Origin: the human T2T-CHM13v2.0 reference genome, Homo sapiens
Direction: 5' to 3' (one strand)
Assembly (NCBI RefSeq): GCF_009914755.1
Contig: NC_060928.1
Length of the DNA stretch: 64,000 nucleotides
In this document: piece after piece, positions 39,168 to 50,877 of the stretch
Numbering within the stretch: the first letter of the stretch is position 1
How the letters are laid out: each line of letters opens with the position of its first letter
The notes under the pieces: generated by a model
What the model saw: the letters and a program-made list of their open reading frames with translations, nothing else
Told to the model about the DNA's origin: nothing
Databases searched by the model: none
Program-made: the position numbers and the translations under genes

Positions 39168-40010
39168 TATCAATTAGGAATGCTTTCAACAGTATCTTAA
39201 GCTATAAAGCGTAACAGTAGCTTAAGCGATAAAGATGGACTCCTCTTCCACGAGGAGAAGTGGCAGATGGCAGTTCAGGACTGGGGCAACAGCTGAGCAT
39301 TGGCATCATGGAACCAGGCTATTTCCAGCTTTCTCTTCTGTCATACTCCACCAGATGGCTTTTTGTCCTAATGGTTGTTGCTTTATGGTCACAAATGGCT
39401 GCTACAGCTCCAGGCATCACAACCAAGTTCAAAGGCGGGAGGCAGGAAGGAAGGAGGGGGTGGCGAGTTTCCTGAAGTGCTTTCTTCTTATATCAGCAAA
39501 GGAAAAAGGGAACCAGAGGCAGCTGTCTCAGAAGACTTTCCTTTAAGCCTTGCTTGTTAGTTTGGCCACATGGCCAATCCTGGCTGCAAGGGCGGCTGGA
39601 GAAGTGGACCTCCAGCAAAGATGGACGGGATGGCCAGAGTCGCCCAGGCCAATCATGATTGTTCCACAGGAACAGGCTCACTGCTGCTCTGAACAAAATT
39701 GGGGCCAGATGGTGAGGGGAAGGGAAAGGGGTTGCTCCCTTCGAGTTTCAATTACATGCCAGTAACATTGCTCAGCAGATATGATTATTTCCTTTTCATA
39801 GATGAGAAAACCAGGGCTCACAGAAGCTGTGACTCGCCCCCTCGGCTGCCCAGCTTGCGTGTGGTAGAGCCGGAGTCCACCCCTGGCCTGGGTAACTGCA
39901 GTGCTGCACTCGCTGCTGTTTGGGGGTCAGTCACATGAAACATTCATGAATCACAATGATTTTGCAGCCGAAAGGGAAGGGAAAGGGGGTATGGAAGCCC
40001 TGACCACACC
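39168..40010 (-). mobile_element. Old MLT1 (K/L-type) LTR, interrupted at 39732-39973
   Basis: atggtcacaaatggctgctacagctccaggcatcaca, ggctgcaagggcggctgg, tgaacaaaattgggg; appears to resume after the insertion and end near gaccaca. Confidence 0.7.
39732..39973 (-). repeat. Inserted inverted copy of 38525-38757 flanked by a 15-bp direct repeat
   Basis: gggaagggaaagggg at 39717-39731 and 39974-39988. Confidence 0.9.
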
Positions 40011-40254
40011 GTCATTTAACAATCCAGGAGACCAAATCCAGTGTGACTGCCCAAGGACGGGATCTGGAGGAGATCTAGCTTTGTACTGATTTTTGGAAGC
40101 AATCTCAGTGGGCAGGGTTCCTAGAAGGCGCCCCACATGAGAGTGTTGATGTTCTCTGCGTGCTGACACAGCATTCTGCAGCCAAGCAGGAAGGGAGAGT
40201 CCCCTCATTCAGTCTGCTTTCAGTTCTTCAGATCACATCTTGGAGAAATGATCA

Positions 40255-41490
40255 GTAAGTGCAATGAGTGATCCTTGATGATTGCTGGAATTTGCAAAGA
40301 AAAAGGATCTAAAGAGTATGATTGGGTTAACTGGGAGGAAATTTGAATGTAGATTAAGAAGTACATGATAGAATTGAATGGATTTTAAATTTTCTGGGTG
40401 TGAGAATCATTGCTGTGGTTATGTAGAAGAATGCCCTTGTGCTAGGAGATATGTGCTGAAGTATTTAGGAGACAACTCATGTTTGTCTCATACTTGTCTA
40501 CAAATGGTTCACAAAAAATATGTGTGCGCTTTTGCACACGTGCCCACATGTGCGCGCACACACACACACACCAGTCGCCCCTTATCCATGGTTTCGCTCT
40601 CATGGTTTCTGTTAGTCTCAGTCAAACAAGGTCTGAAAATATGAAATGGAAAATTCCAGAAATAAACAATTGATAAATTTTAAATTTTGCAATATTCTGA
40701 GTGGCCGTGATGAAATCTCATGCTGTCCCACACCATCCTGCCAGGACATGAATCATCCCTTTGTCCAGTGGGTCCACACTGGAGATACTACGTACTGTTA
40801 GTCACAGAGATCGTCTGCTCCTGACATCCAGCCATCGACATCATCCTGTCTTTATGATACAGGATCACCCAAAGCAGGTGTTCCTTCTTCCAAAGCATCA
40901 TCAGAAGGTAACAGCAGCCTAACCTCCCTTCATCTCATCACGCAGGCGTGTTACCAACTCACATCATCACAAGAAGAAGGGGGAGAGCAGTACAAGAAGA
41001 CACTTTGAGAGAGGGAGAAAGCGTTCACATAACTTTTATTATAGTAGATTGTTATAACTGTTCTATCTTCTTATTAGTTGTTAAACTCTTAGTGCACCTA
41101 ATTTATAAATTAAACTTTATCCTAGATATGTATAGGAATAAAACATAGTATATATAGGATTCGGTACTATCTGAGGTTTCACGTAGCCACTGGGGGTCTT
41201 GGAACATATCCCCTATGGATAAGGGGGCACTGCTGTAATCAACTGTGCACATATCTGTATATATACACATACATATAAATACATATACACATATATATAC
41301 ACATGCAAAGAGAGAGAGAAGAGGGTGAGACAGAGAAAAAAGCAAATATCAGCGTTAACATCCAGTGCATCTAGACTCTAAAGAAAGGCCATATAAATGT
41401 TCGCTGTGTTATTCATGCAACTCTTTAGTAGGCTTGAAATTTTTCAAAATAAAAAGTTGGAAAAATAATAAATTAAAAATTTTAAAAGTG
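40255..41490 (+). mobile_element. Old L1M (MC/ME-type) 3' end, split by MER44
   Basis: tgtggttatgtagaagaatgcccttg, gctgaagtatttagg ... ttgaaatttttcaaaataaaaagtt. Confidence 0.75.
40572..41235 (+). mobile_element. MER44C/D-like (Tigger7) element
   Basis: Terminal inverted repeats cagtcgccccttatcc / ggataagggggcactgctg followed by TA; aaatggaaaattccagaaataaacaatt. Confidence 0.88.
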
Positions 41491-41913
41491 AGAAAGCTTA
41501 AAGAAAGTATCAAGTAAACACACAATGTGTTAGTGGGCATTAAACCGAGCCCTGCTGTGGGGCCTCCAGGTGGCCAGTAGATCCCACATTCCAGCGTCAG
41601 TCGGCCCCAGGTCTGAGTCCCTCCTATGCCAGATGGGGATGAGGTCGGTCACGGCCTCACAGGTGTGTGGTGAGCATTGTATGAATGGCATGCGTAGAGT
41701 CCTCGGCACCAAGCCTGCACCAGAAGCCAGGTTTCAAAGAAGGGTGACTGTGGTGTGGGTCCCTGTAAGTACTACTGGGCTTGGCACATGGGAAGCAGGA
41801 AATTGGATGTAACCTGTGGGAGACCCGAACCTGGTGACTTCACCTGTCTGAGTCCCTCCAGAAGGGGATAGCTGGGGATTAAAGGCACGAAAAGACCCCC
41901 CACCTTATCCCCA

Positions 41914-41914
<1 letters not shown>

Positions 41915-41954
<40 letters not shown>
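41915..41954. repeat. (CA)20 microsatellite
   Basis: Uninterrupted CA run. Confidence 0.97.
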
Positions 41955-41957
<3 letters not shown>

Positions 41958-42524
41958 ATATCTCCTCTTCAGGGAGATCCTGTCCATCAGCTGAGGAGTT
42001 GGGGCTGGGTGAGACAGCTGGCCTCTGTGCACTGGAATGGAGCTAGTTCCATTTTCCAGTCCCTGTGTCCCAGCACTGGGGTGCCCCCTCCTCCGGGGCA
42101 GTGGCCAGCGCCTGGCAGCTCAGAGGAACAGAGAGCTCCTCTTCCCTGGCCCTCTCGGGCAGACCTGACAATCCCCACTGCTGCGGGGAGGCTCTGCCAT
42201 CCTTGTGCTAATCCCATTACCCACAAATGAAGATGTAATCACAGCCCTTTCAAAGGGCTCCCAAAGCAGATCCCTCTTTGGAAAGAGAAAAGCAAGTGCA
42301 ATTGTCCGAGCCACTGACTTCTGAAGCTCCTGCTGGGAGGAGGGGATGCAGAAGTTATTTGGGGCCAGCAGCCTCTCAGCTGGGAAGGGACTGAAATGGC
42401 GGTCAGGGCAGAGACAGCCCGAGTGTGGGTGACTAGTTAGGACCAGGTGGTGGGGTGAGGTGTGCAAGGGGCTGAGGCCTCCCAGCTCCCACACTGACCT
42501 TACTGCGACCTCGCTAGAGCTACA

Positions 42525-42852
42525 AGCCTATGCCCTGGGATATAAACATGAATAGGATACAGTCCCCTCTCTGGGAGTCCACGCCTAGGTTCATACGCAG
42601 GCACATCAACCATACCTCTGTTAGCACCATGAAGCTGGGGCCAAGTCTCCTTCCTCCTACCTGGTGTGTGACCCAGCACAAAGCAGACACTCGAGGAACA
42701 TTGATAGACTAATGGAGCCACACGCTTTCCAACCCTGGGCCTTTGCTAATGCTGGTCCCTCACTGCAGAAGATCCTTCCCCATCCTTTTACAGATGACCT
42801 AAAATCTCCCCCTTGCAGGGTCTGGACTTGGGCTGTATGGAGAAGTTCTAAT
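42525..42852. repeat. Mosaic templated insertion (direct copy of 36164-36254 plus inverted copy of 33046-33287)
   Basis: Flanked by ccttactgcgacctc-gctagagctaca (42498-42524) and ctttactgtaacctcagctagagctaca (42853-42880). Confidence 0.9.
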
Positions 42853-43039
42853 CTTTACTGTAACCTCAGCTAGAGCTACATAATTTCAGCGCCTCCCACT
42901 GTGCATCTTTCAAATGGGTGCAAAGGTCTTATCTGATATGTTGCTGAGCAGCTGTGTGTGGAGGTGAAATATAAATGGTGACATGGGCACAGATGTGAGG
43001 GCCCCGTTGATGTCAACGTCACATTATATGAACAGTAGT

Positions 43040-43175
43040 AAACTTTCCTCAACACTGACTACATGCCCGGCACTTTTGTGATGCTACTTTCATTCCCATT
43101 TTACAGATGAGGAAACTGAGGCACAGAGTGGCCAAGTGACTTTTTCAATATCATAGGGCTGGAGAATGGTGACTA
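43040..43175 (-). mobile_element. MIR SINE
   Basis: cccattttacagatgaggaaactgaggcacagag. Confidence 0.85.
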
Positions 43176-44433
43176 GTTTTAATGGCCAGCAAAAGCAGGA
43201 ACAAAAGCTACCATCTGCTTGGAAGCGTCGTTACTTTTGAACAGAAACTCTGGTGTCTGGCAGACAGCAATGAATTCATCTACTTTTGCATAGGAGTACG
43301 GTTATCTTGCCCTTTGACTGTGCCCTTGTAGGCCAGCAGAAGTTCTGAGATTCAAGGTGGATGAAGGGATTGAACCATGACCTGGAGTGGAAAATGCATC
43401 CTTGGGGCTAAGTATGTCCTGTGTGCCCCGGGCCTGGGCTCCACGTGGCCCTCACTGCCTTCTAACAATCATTGCTGGCTATGTGTGAAGCGCCTTGTGC
43501 TAGGTACTGTCCTGTGTGAAATCAGTGGCATGCTGGGAAATGTCTGACAAACAGCCCTTGGAGATAGAACTCCCATCCACAGTATTTCTCCTCCATGGTG
43601 TAAATAATCCCACTTCCCACCATGGTGGATCTCAAGCTATCAATATGAGATTATTGACAGGGAATTGGGAGGGGTTGCACACAACTGGGTCTCCTGTGTG
43701 GCTCCAGTGCACTGATTCTTAAGAACTCACAGCACCCTGATTGGGGGACAGCACTTTTATTATGCCAGTTTTATAGATTAGAGCATTAACTCATGGAGAG
43801 GTTAAGACAAGCACTTCCCAAGATCACCTGTCAAGTAAATTCTGATGCTGAACCCTTGTCTCCAGGAACCCAGATGAAGATGCTGCCCTCTGAGCAATGG
43901 CCTGTGTCCAGCTCCTCTCTTCCTGATCTTCTCAGGGCCAAGTCTACCCCGAGTTAAACTCTACTCTCCTTAAGGGCAAGAATCCCAGCACAAAGCATGA
44001 GCACCAGGCACACACTAAGCAACAAGGAAATATTTGGAGAATTGAATTGAATGCTTTAATTTCAGTTGGATCAACAACCTTGTCCAAGGTCACACAGGGA
44101 GGCAATAACAGAGCCCATGACTGGAACCCATGACTGGAACTCATGATTGTTGACTTTGGATATGAACCTTAAGTAGCACCTTCAGTGTCAATTCTGAGAT
44201 TACTGTCACATCCAAGCATGGACATGGAGAGTTCTGTTATTCCTGGGAGGGGGCAGAGGGGCCGTGGCTTTGTACTTTGCATTTTCAATGCACCTTTGTC
44301 CCCTTTCTTTGGTCATGAAAAGCATGACCCAGCACCTTGTATGTGTTGGAGGCTGGGCAAGACCAAGGGCACCTGGAGGGTGGAGGTCTGAGATTTATGG
44401 GATACTTGATCATTTTCAAGATTTTTTTTCATT

Positions 44434-44796
44434 TGCTGTGGACTGAATGCTTGTTTCCTCTCAAAATATGTATATAGAAGCCCTAATCCCCCATGGGGTG
44501 GTATTTGGAGATGGGGCCCATGGGAGCTGGTTAAGGTTAGATGATGTCATGGAGATGGAACCCCCATGATAGATTTTGCTCTTGCAAAAGGAGAAAAAGA
44601 CAGGATAGGTTTCTCTCCACTGAATGAGGATGCAACAAGAAGATAGTCTGCAAACCAGAAGAGCACTCTCAGCAGACACCAAATCTGCTAGTACCCTGAT
44701 CTTGGACTTCCCAGTGTCCAGAGCTGTGAGAAATGTTCATTGTCTAAGCCACCCAGTCTATGGTATTTTGTTATAGCGTCCAAATAGACTAAGACA
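44434..44796 (+). mobile_element. MLT1A0-like MaLR solo LTR
   Basis: TG...CA ends; ggtatttggagatggggcc, tgatcttggacttccca, aagccacccagtctatggtattttgttatagc, gactaagaca. Confidence 0.9.
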
Positions 44797-45060
44797 CATG
44801 ATGTAAGTGTTTCCTAAAGTAGCATTGCACTGGGGGCAACCAGTGTAACATGGTTGGTGATATGTGAATGAACCTTTTAAAATGTTAATACTTTTGCATT
44901 TATTTTAATATGTGTTAAAAATATTTCTGGTGTATTATATCAGAAATAGTTTTCACTGCAAACAACAAGACAAAAAGTAAAGAAAACAACAACAAAAACC
45001 AGTGGCTTCAACAGAAGTTTATTTTGCCCTCTGCTGTAAGTCAGGGGCTGGCATGGCATG

Positions 45061-47424
45061 TGATATGGTTTGGCTCTGTGTCCGCACCAAAATTTCATCT
45101 CAAATTGTAATCCTCAGTGTTGCATGAGGAGCCTGGTGGAAGGCAATTGGATCATGGGGATGGTTTCCCCCATGCTGTTCTTGTGATAATGAGTTCCCAC
45201 AAGATCTGATGGTTTAAAAGTGACACTTCCCCTTTCTCTCTCCCTCTTGCTGCTATGGTAAGACATGCCTTGCTTCCCCTTCATCTTCCGCCATGATTGT
45301 GTTTCCTGAGGCCTCCCAGTTATGCTTCCTGTTAAGCCTGTGAAACTGTGAGTCAGTTAAACCTCCTTTCTTCATAAATTACCCGTTCTCAGGTAGTTCT
45401 TTATAGCAGTGTAAACACAGACTAATACAGAGAATTGGTACCAGGAATGGGGCACTGCTATAAAGATACCTGAAAATGTGGAAGTGACTTTAGAACTGGG
45501 TAATGGGCAGAGGTTGGGACAGTTTGGAAGGCTCAGAAGAAGACAGGAAGATGTGGGAAAGTTTGGAACTTCCTAGAGACTTGTTAAATGGTTTTGACCA
45601 AAATGTTGATAGTGATAGGGATAGTGAAGTCCACCCTGAGGTGGTCTCAGACAGAGATGAGAAACTTATTGGGAACTGGAGTAGAGATCACTTTTGCTAT
45701 GCTTTAGCAAAGAGACTGGAAGCATTTTGCCCCTGCCCTAGAGAACTGTGGAACTTGAGAGAGATGATTTAGGGCATCTGGTGGAAGAAATTTCTAAGCA
45801 GCACAACATTCAAGAGGTAACCTGGCTTTTTCTAAAAGTATATGCCATATGTGTTCACAAACATAATTTGAAATTGGAACTTACGTTTAAAAGGGAATCA
45901 GAGCATAAAAGTTTAGAAAATTTGAGGCTTGACCACGTGCTAGAAAAGAAAAACCAATTTTCTGGGGAGAAATTCAAGCCACTGGCTGCAGAAATTTGCA
46001 TAAGTAAAGAGAAGCCTAATGTTAATAGCCAAGACAATGGGGAAAAATGTCTCCAGAGCATTTCAGAGACCTTCATGGCAGCCTCTCCCATCAAAAGCCT
46101 AGAGGCCTAGGAGGAAAAAATGGCTTCCTGGGCTAAGCTCGGGCCCCACTGTTCTGTGCAGCCTCAGGACACTGTGCCCTTTGTCCCAGCTGCTCCAGCT
46201 CCAGCCATGGCTAAAAAGAGCCAAGGTACAGCTTTGGCCATTGTTTCAGAGGGTGCAAGCCCTGAGCCTTGGTAGCTTCCATATGGTGTTGGCCCTGTGG
46301 GTACACAGAATGCAAAAGTTAAGGTTTGAGAGCCTCTTCCTAGATTTCAGAAGATGTATGGAAACAACTGGATGCCCAGGCAGAAGTCTGCTGCAGGGGT
46401 GGAGCCCTCATGGAGAACTTCTACTAGGGCAGTGCAGAGGGGAAAATGTGGGATTGGAGCCCCCACACAGAGTCCCCACTGGTGCACTGCCTTGTGGAAC
46501 TGTGACCCCTCCAGACCCCAGAATGGTAGATCCACTGACAGCTTGCACCTTGCATCTGGAAAAACCACAGGCACTAAATGCCAACCTGTGAAAGCAGCCT
46601 CAGGGTCTGTACTCTGCAGAGCCATAGAAGTGGAGCTGCCCAAGGCCTTGTGAGCCCACCTCTTGCATCAGCATGCCCTGGATGTGAGACATGGAGTTAA
46701 AGCAGATCATTTCAGAGCTTTAAGATTTAATGACTGTCTTGCTGAGTTTCTGACTTGCATGGGGCCTGTAGCCCCTTTGTTTTGGCCAATTTCTCCCATT
46801 TGGAACTGGAAGATTTACCTAATTCCTGTACTCCCATTGCATCTTGGAAGTTACTAACTTGATTTTTATTTTACAGGCTCATAGGTGGAAAGGACTTGCC
46901 TTGTCTCAGATGAGACTTTGGACTTGGACTTTTGGGTTAATGCTGAAATGAGTTAACACTTTGGGGGACTGTTGGGAAGGTATGATTGTGTTTTGAAAAG
47001 TGAAAAGGACATGAGATTTGGGAGGGGACAGGGGACAGGAATGGAATGATATGATTTGGGGCTGTGTTTCTACCCAAATCTCATCTCAAATTGTAATCCC
47101 CATGTGTTGAGGGAGGGGCCTGGTGGGAGGTGATTGAATTATGGGGGTGGTTCCCCCATGCTGTTCTCACAATAGTGAGTGAGTTCTCATGGGATCTGGT
47201 GGTTTAAAAGTGACACTTCCTCCTTCACTGTCTCTCTCTCCTGCCGCATGGTAAGATATGCCTTACTTCCCCTTTGCCTTCCACTATGATTATAAGTTTC
47301 CTGAAGCCTCCTAGTCATGTTTCCTGTTTAGCCTGTGGAACTATGAGTCCATTAAACCTCTTTTCTTCATAACTTTCCCAGTCTCAGGTAGTTCTTTATA
47401 GCCAAGTGAAAACAGACTAATACA
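45061..47424 (+). mobile_element. Complete THE1D-type MaLR element (LTR-internal-LTR)
   Basis: 5' LTR 45061-45429, internal 45430-47046 with a polypurine tract, 3' LTR 47047-47424; 5-bp TSD gcatg/gtatg; inserted in an older antisense MLT1 (about 44930-47910). Confidence 0.92.
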
Positions 47425-47600
47425 GTATGCCACAAGATCAAGGTCCATCTCTTTCTATTTTGTTACTCTGCTATGCAGGGCTTCCATTCTCAAGGTCACC
47501 TCATGGTCTAATCTGGCTGCTGCTGCTCTGGCTATCATGCCCATATTCCAGACAGCAGGAAGGAGAACAGGAAAGGAGAAAGACACATTCCTCTCTTTTA

Positions 47601-47793
<193 letters not shown>

Positions 47794-49869
47794 CCCACAC
47801 TTTTCCTTCTAAGAGAAGCCAGGACTGGGAATCTTTATTCCAAGCTACTCTGTGGCCAGCAAAGAAATAAGAGGTTCTTCCACAGGGAGGAAGGGGAGAG
47901 CGATTATTGTGGAAAAGACACTAGTCTTTTCCACACACATCCAAAGTGTGATTTCATTGATATTATTGCTTGGGATGAGATTAGAGTATTTAAAAGTTGA
48001 GGCCATTGAAAAAAATGATTAAGGACATTAAGTCCAGGTGACAGGTGGGTGTGGTAACCATCATGAAGGCAGTAAGAAATGGTGAGCCTCTGCATTACTC
48101 CAGGATCTGGAGTTGGTACCATTAGCATAGCTTCCTTCCTCTTGCAAAGGAGGCAAGCCTAGGCTCAGAGAGGCTGGGCGGCCGGCCCTGCTGCCTCCAA
48201 GGCCGGGGCTCACACCCTCGCCTCTTCCCAGGATCGTGGCAGCCACTCACCCAGGGCTCTCCCAACAGCACAGCTTCTTTCTGGCCCAACATCCATCACA
48301 GAGGCTGCAAAGATGGAATCCTCCCTTTCCAGCCTCCCTGGCAGCTCGGGGTGTGCCAGGGACCTGATGTAAGCATTAAAGCATAAAACAAGGTAGGGAA
48401 TTTGGGACTGTCATTGATGTTGATTTTGACTCTGGGTTCTCATGGATTTCAGAACCACATATGTCCTCAGGAACTAGCCACAGGTTGCCCGGCCACCTGA
48501 AAAGAAACTCATCCAGCAAGTTCAACCTTGAATGATAAAAAGGAAAAAGTGCCAAGTGCAGTGCTTGACACGCAGTAGGCACTTACCATCAGTTTACGCT
48601 TATCAGTATTCCACACCAGGGCATTCCAAGTGTATTCATTCTTTCCTCAAATGCATTTAATGCATGGAAAGACTTAAGACTAGTGCCAGGCATGGAAAAT
48701 ACTCCCTAAGCGTTAGCCACTATTCTTATGATTATCATGGCATTGTTGTGATTGTCATCATTCATTCATTCAACAAACATCTATTGCACCCCCATGTGTG
48801 CCAGGCACAGCCTTGGCACTGTGGAGTCGGCAATAAAAAAGGCAGAGTCTCTGCCCTGCTGGGAGCCCAGCCCCTAAATGATTCATCCCACACTTAATGA
48901 GCTTGAGTTGTGATTCATGCCGGGGGTCCTGAAAGCATGAAGCAGGGCCACTGAGCTTACCCGGGGCTTCCCTGGGGAGCAGCTGTCATGAGTTGAGTCC
49001 TCAGGAACCAGCTGGAGTCAGCCCAGCTAAGAGTGGAGAAGAGCTCACGGGGCTCCAGAGGCTCATCCAGGGCTGCTCAGCAAACCAGGCATGAAGGCCA
49101 AGGCCCCTCCGTGCTGGCTGCATTAACCAGCTTGTCGGGCCTCAGCTCCCAGGCCCAGAGTTTGGGACCGGGCCAGGCAGGCTCAGAGCAGGCCAGGCAT
49201 TGGCAGATGCCTGTGTGCTGAAGGCAGGGTAGCGCTGCCTGGCTGCCTCCCTGACCTCCCAGGGCATCTCCTTTGTGTGGCAGCACTGTCCCCCATGCCG
49301 AGCCCCTTGGGATCCAGTTTCTGTGGAGGCCGACTTGCAAAACCCGGGGTATTGTCTTGTAACAGCAGGCTCTGGGGTGGGTTCAATGAAAATCCAGCCC
49401 TGCATGTCTCTGTATTCTAACCTGAAAAGAATTATGTTACATCAATAAATGATACCCATTATGTGCCAGCATCCAGGGCTCTTAATTGACTCGGGCTTAG
49501 TTAATGATTGGGAGAACATCCACGGAGAGCCTGAGGCTCCAAAGGGAGGGGCTGGGGATAGATTAATAACATAAAGGACTGGATGGAGACACTCCGTTCA
49601 ACTGCTGCTGGGCCCTGTGTGGAGCTGGCTTTGGCGTGTGACAGTACAAAGTGGGATGGGAAGATATTTGATGACAAAATCCCTCATCTTATGCTGAGAG
49701 GACCTGCTCCTTCCCTGCTGCTCAAATCAGAAGTTACAGCTTGAGACACATCTGCTGCCTGCCTTCTCACCACATTTAGTGAAGACACCCACTCTAAGAA
49801 TCCTTGGACAAAGTGACCCCAAGGACTGGACCCGTCTTATCCTCGATAGTTTGGAGACTCATTAGTTTT

Positions 49870-50350
49870 TGCTCCCAAGGAATTCTGCAAGTTTTCTTGG
49901 AGTCCTTTCTGTGGTTTCTAAGAAAATTTAATGCAAGCTCGGTGAACATGTTTTTGGAATTTTATTAACATGCCATGAGGGTTAGTTAAGAATTCCATGG
50001 AAGCTGGGGGTCTATTCCAAGTAAGAATTCCACACTGTTTCTGTGAGAATTCATTAAGGATCACATGGCAACTCTGAGAGATTTTCACGAAAATTCATTG
50101 AGAACTCCATAGGTCTTCTATGAACATTCCATCAGACTTGTGGAAAAATTCTATGAGAAGGAGACACAGCTGACATGAACATTCTAGGAGCAGCCGAAGA
50201 AAGTGCAGCAGGACTTATGGGAGGGTTTATAAAAGATTCCATGAGGCTGCCTTGCAAAAATTCCATCCAAATGTTTCAAGATTTCCGTAGGAGTTCTTTG
50301 GAAGCCTGTCAGAACCTTAAGCACATCCACAGCAGAATTTTCTGTAGGAG
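49870..50350. repeat. Highly degenerate short-unit repeat (RAATTCYAT-like)
   Basis: More than 12 variants such as agaattccatg, agaattcat, agaactccat, acattccat, aaattctatg, agattccatg. Confidence 0.55.
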
Positions 50351-50689
50351 TCACCACTGCCTTAGCACTACGTCCACATGTGTCAGAGCCCCAGCTCCAA
50401 ATCACCAATCAGGGAGGCTCCCTTGAAAGAGATTCCTACTTTCTTTTTCTTTCTTAGTTTCATTTTTTAAATTTCTTTTACTAAAACGAAAATCAGTTTG
50501 TTAGAAACATACTCGCTCTGGATACCTGCTGAGGGTCTAAACACAGTGGATAACTGACTATGGAAACATACCACAAGGAAATGGAAGAGTTAGGACCACT
50601 CTGAAGAGGAAAGAATCTTCAAATCTTTCACTCCCTATGAATCCTGTGAAGAATGTGTGCTGATTGACAATATTTCTCACATGGTCTGG

Positions 50690-50870
50690 TATCAGGGGCA
50701 AGAACATGGGAGTGGCAGCCAGGAGTACCTGGTTCTAGTTCCAGGTCTGCCATTAACTCATTGTATAAGCTTAGGCCAGTCTCTGGGTCTCAATTTCCCC
50801 TTTTGTAAAATGAGAATTTTTAGACTAGGAAATCCCCATGGACTCTTCCTACCCTGACAGTCTGTGGTTC
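50690..50870 (+). mobile_element. MIR (MIR3/MIRc-like) SINE
   Basis: cctggttctagttccaggtctgccattaactc...ctcaatttccccttttgtaaaatgag. Confidence 0.75.
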
Positions 50871-50877
50871 TGCAAAG

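Noticed and set aside
44114-44146. Short tandem or near-tandem duplications (13-bp here; also near 6709, 12617, 15422, 18170, 61712)
   Set aside because: Ordinary slippage products
45503-46857. ORFs in the THE1 internal region
   Set aside because: Fragmented remnants of the MaLR internal ORF with stops and frameshifts
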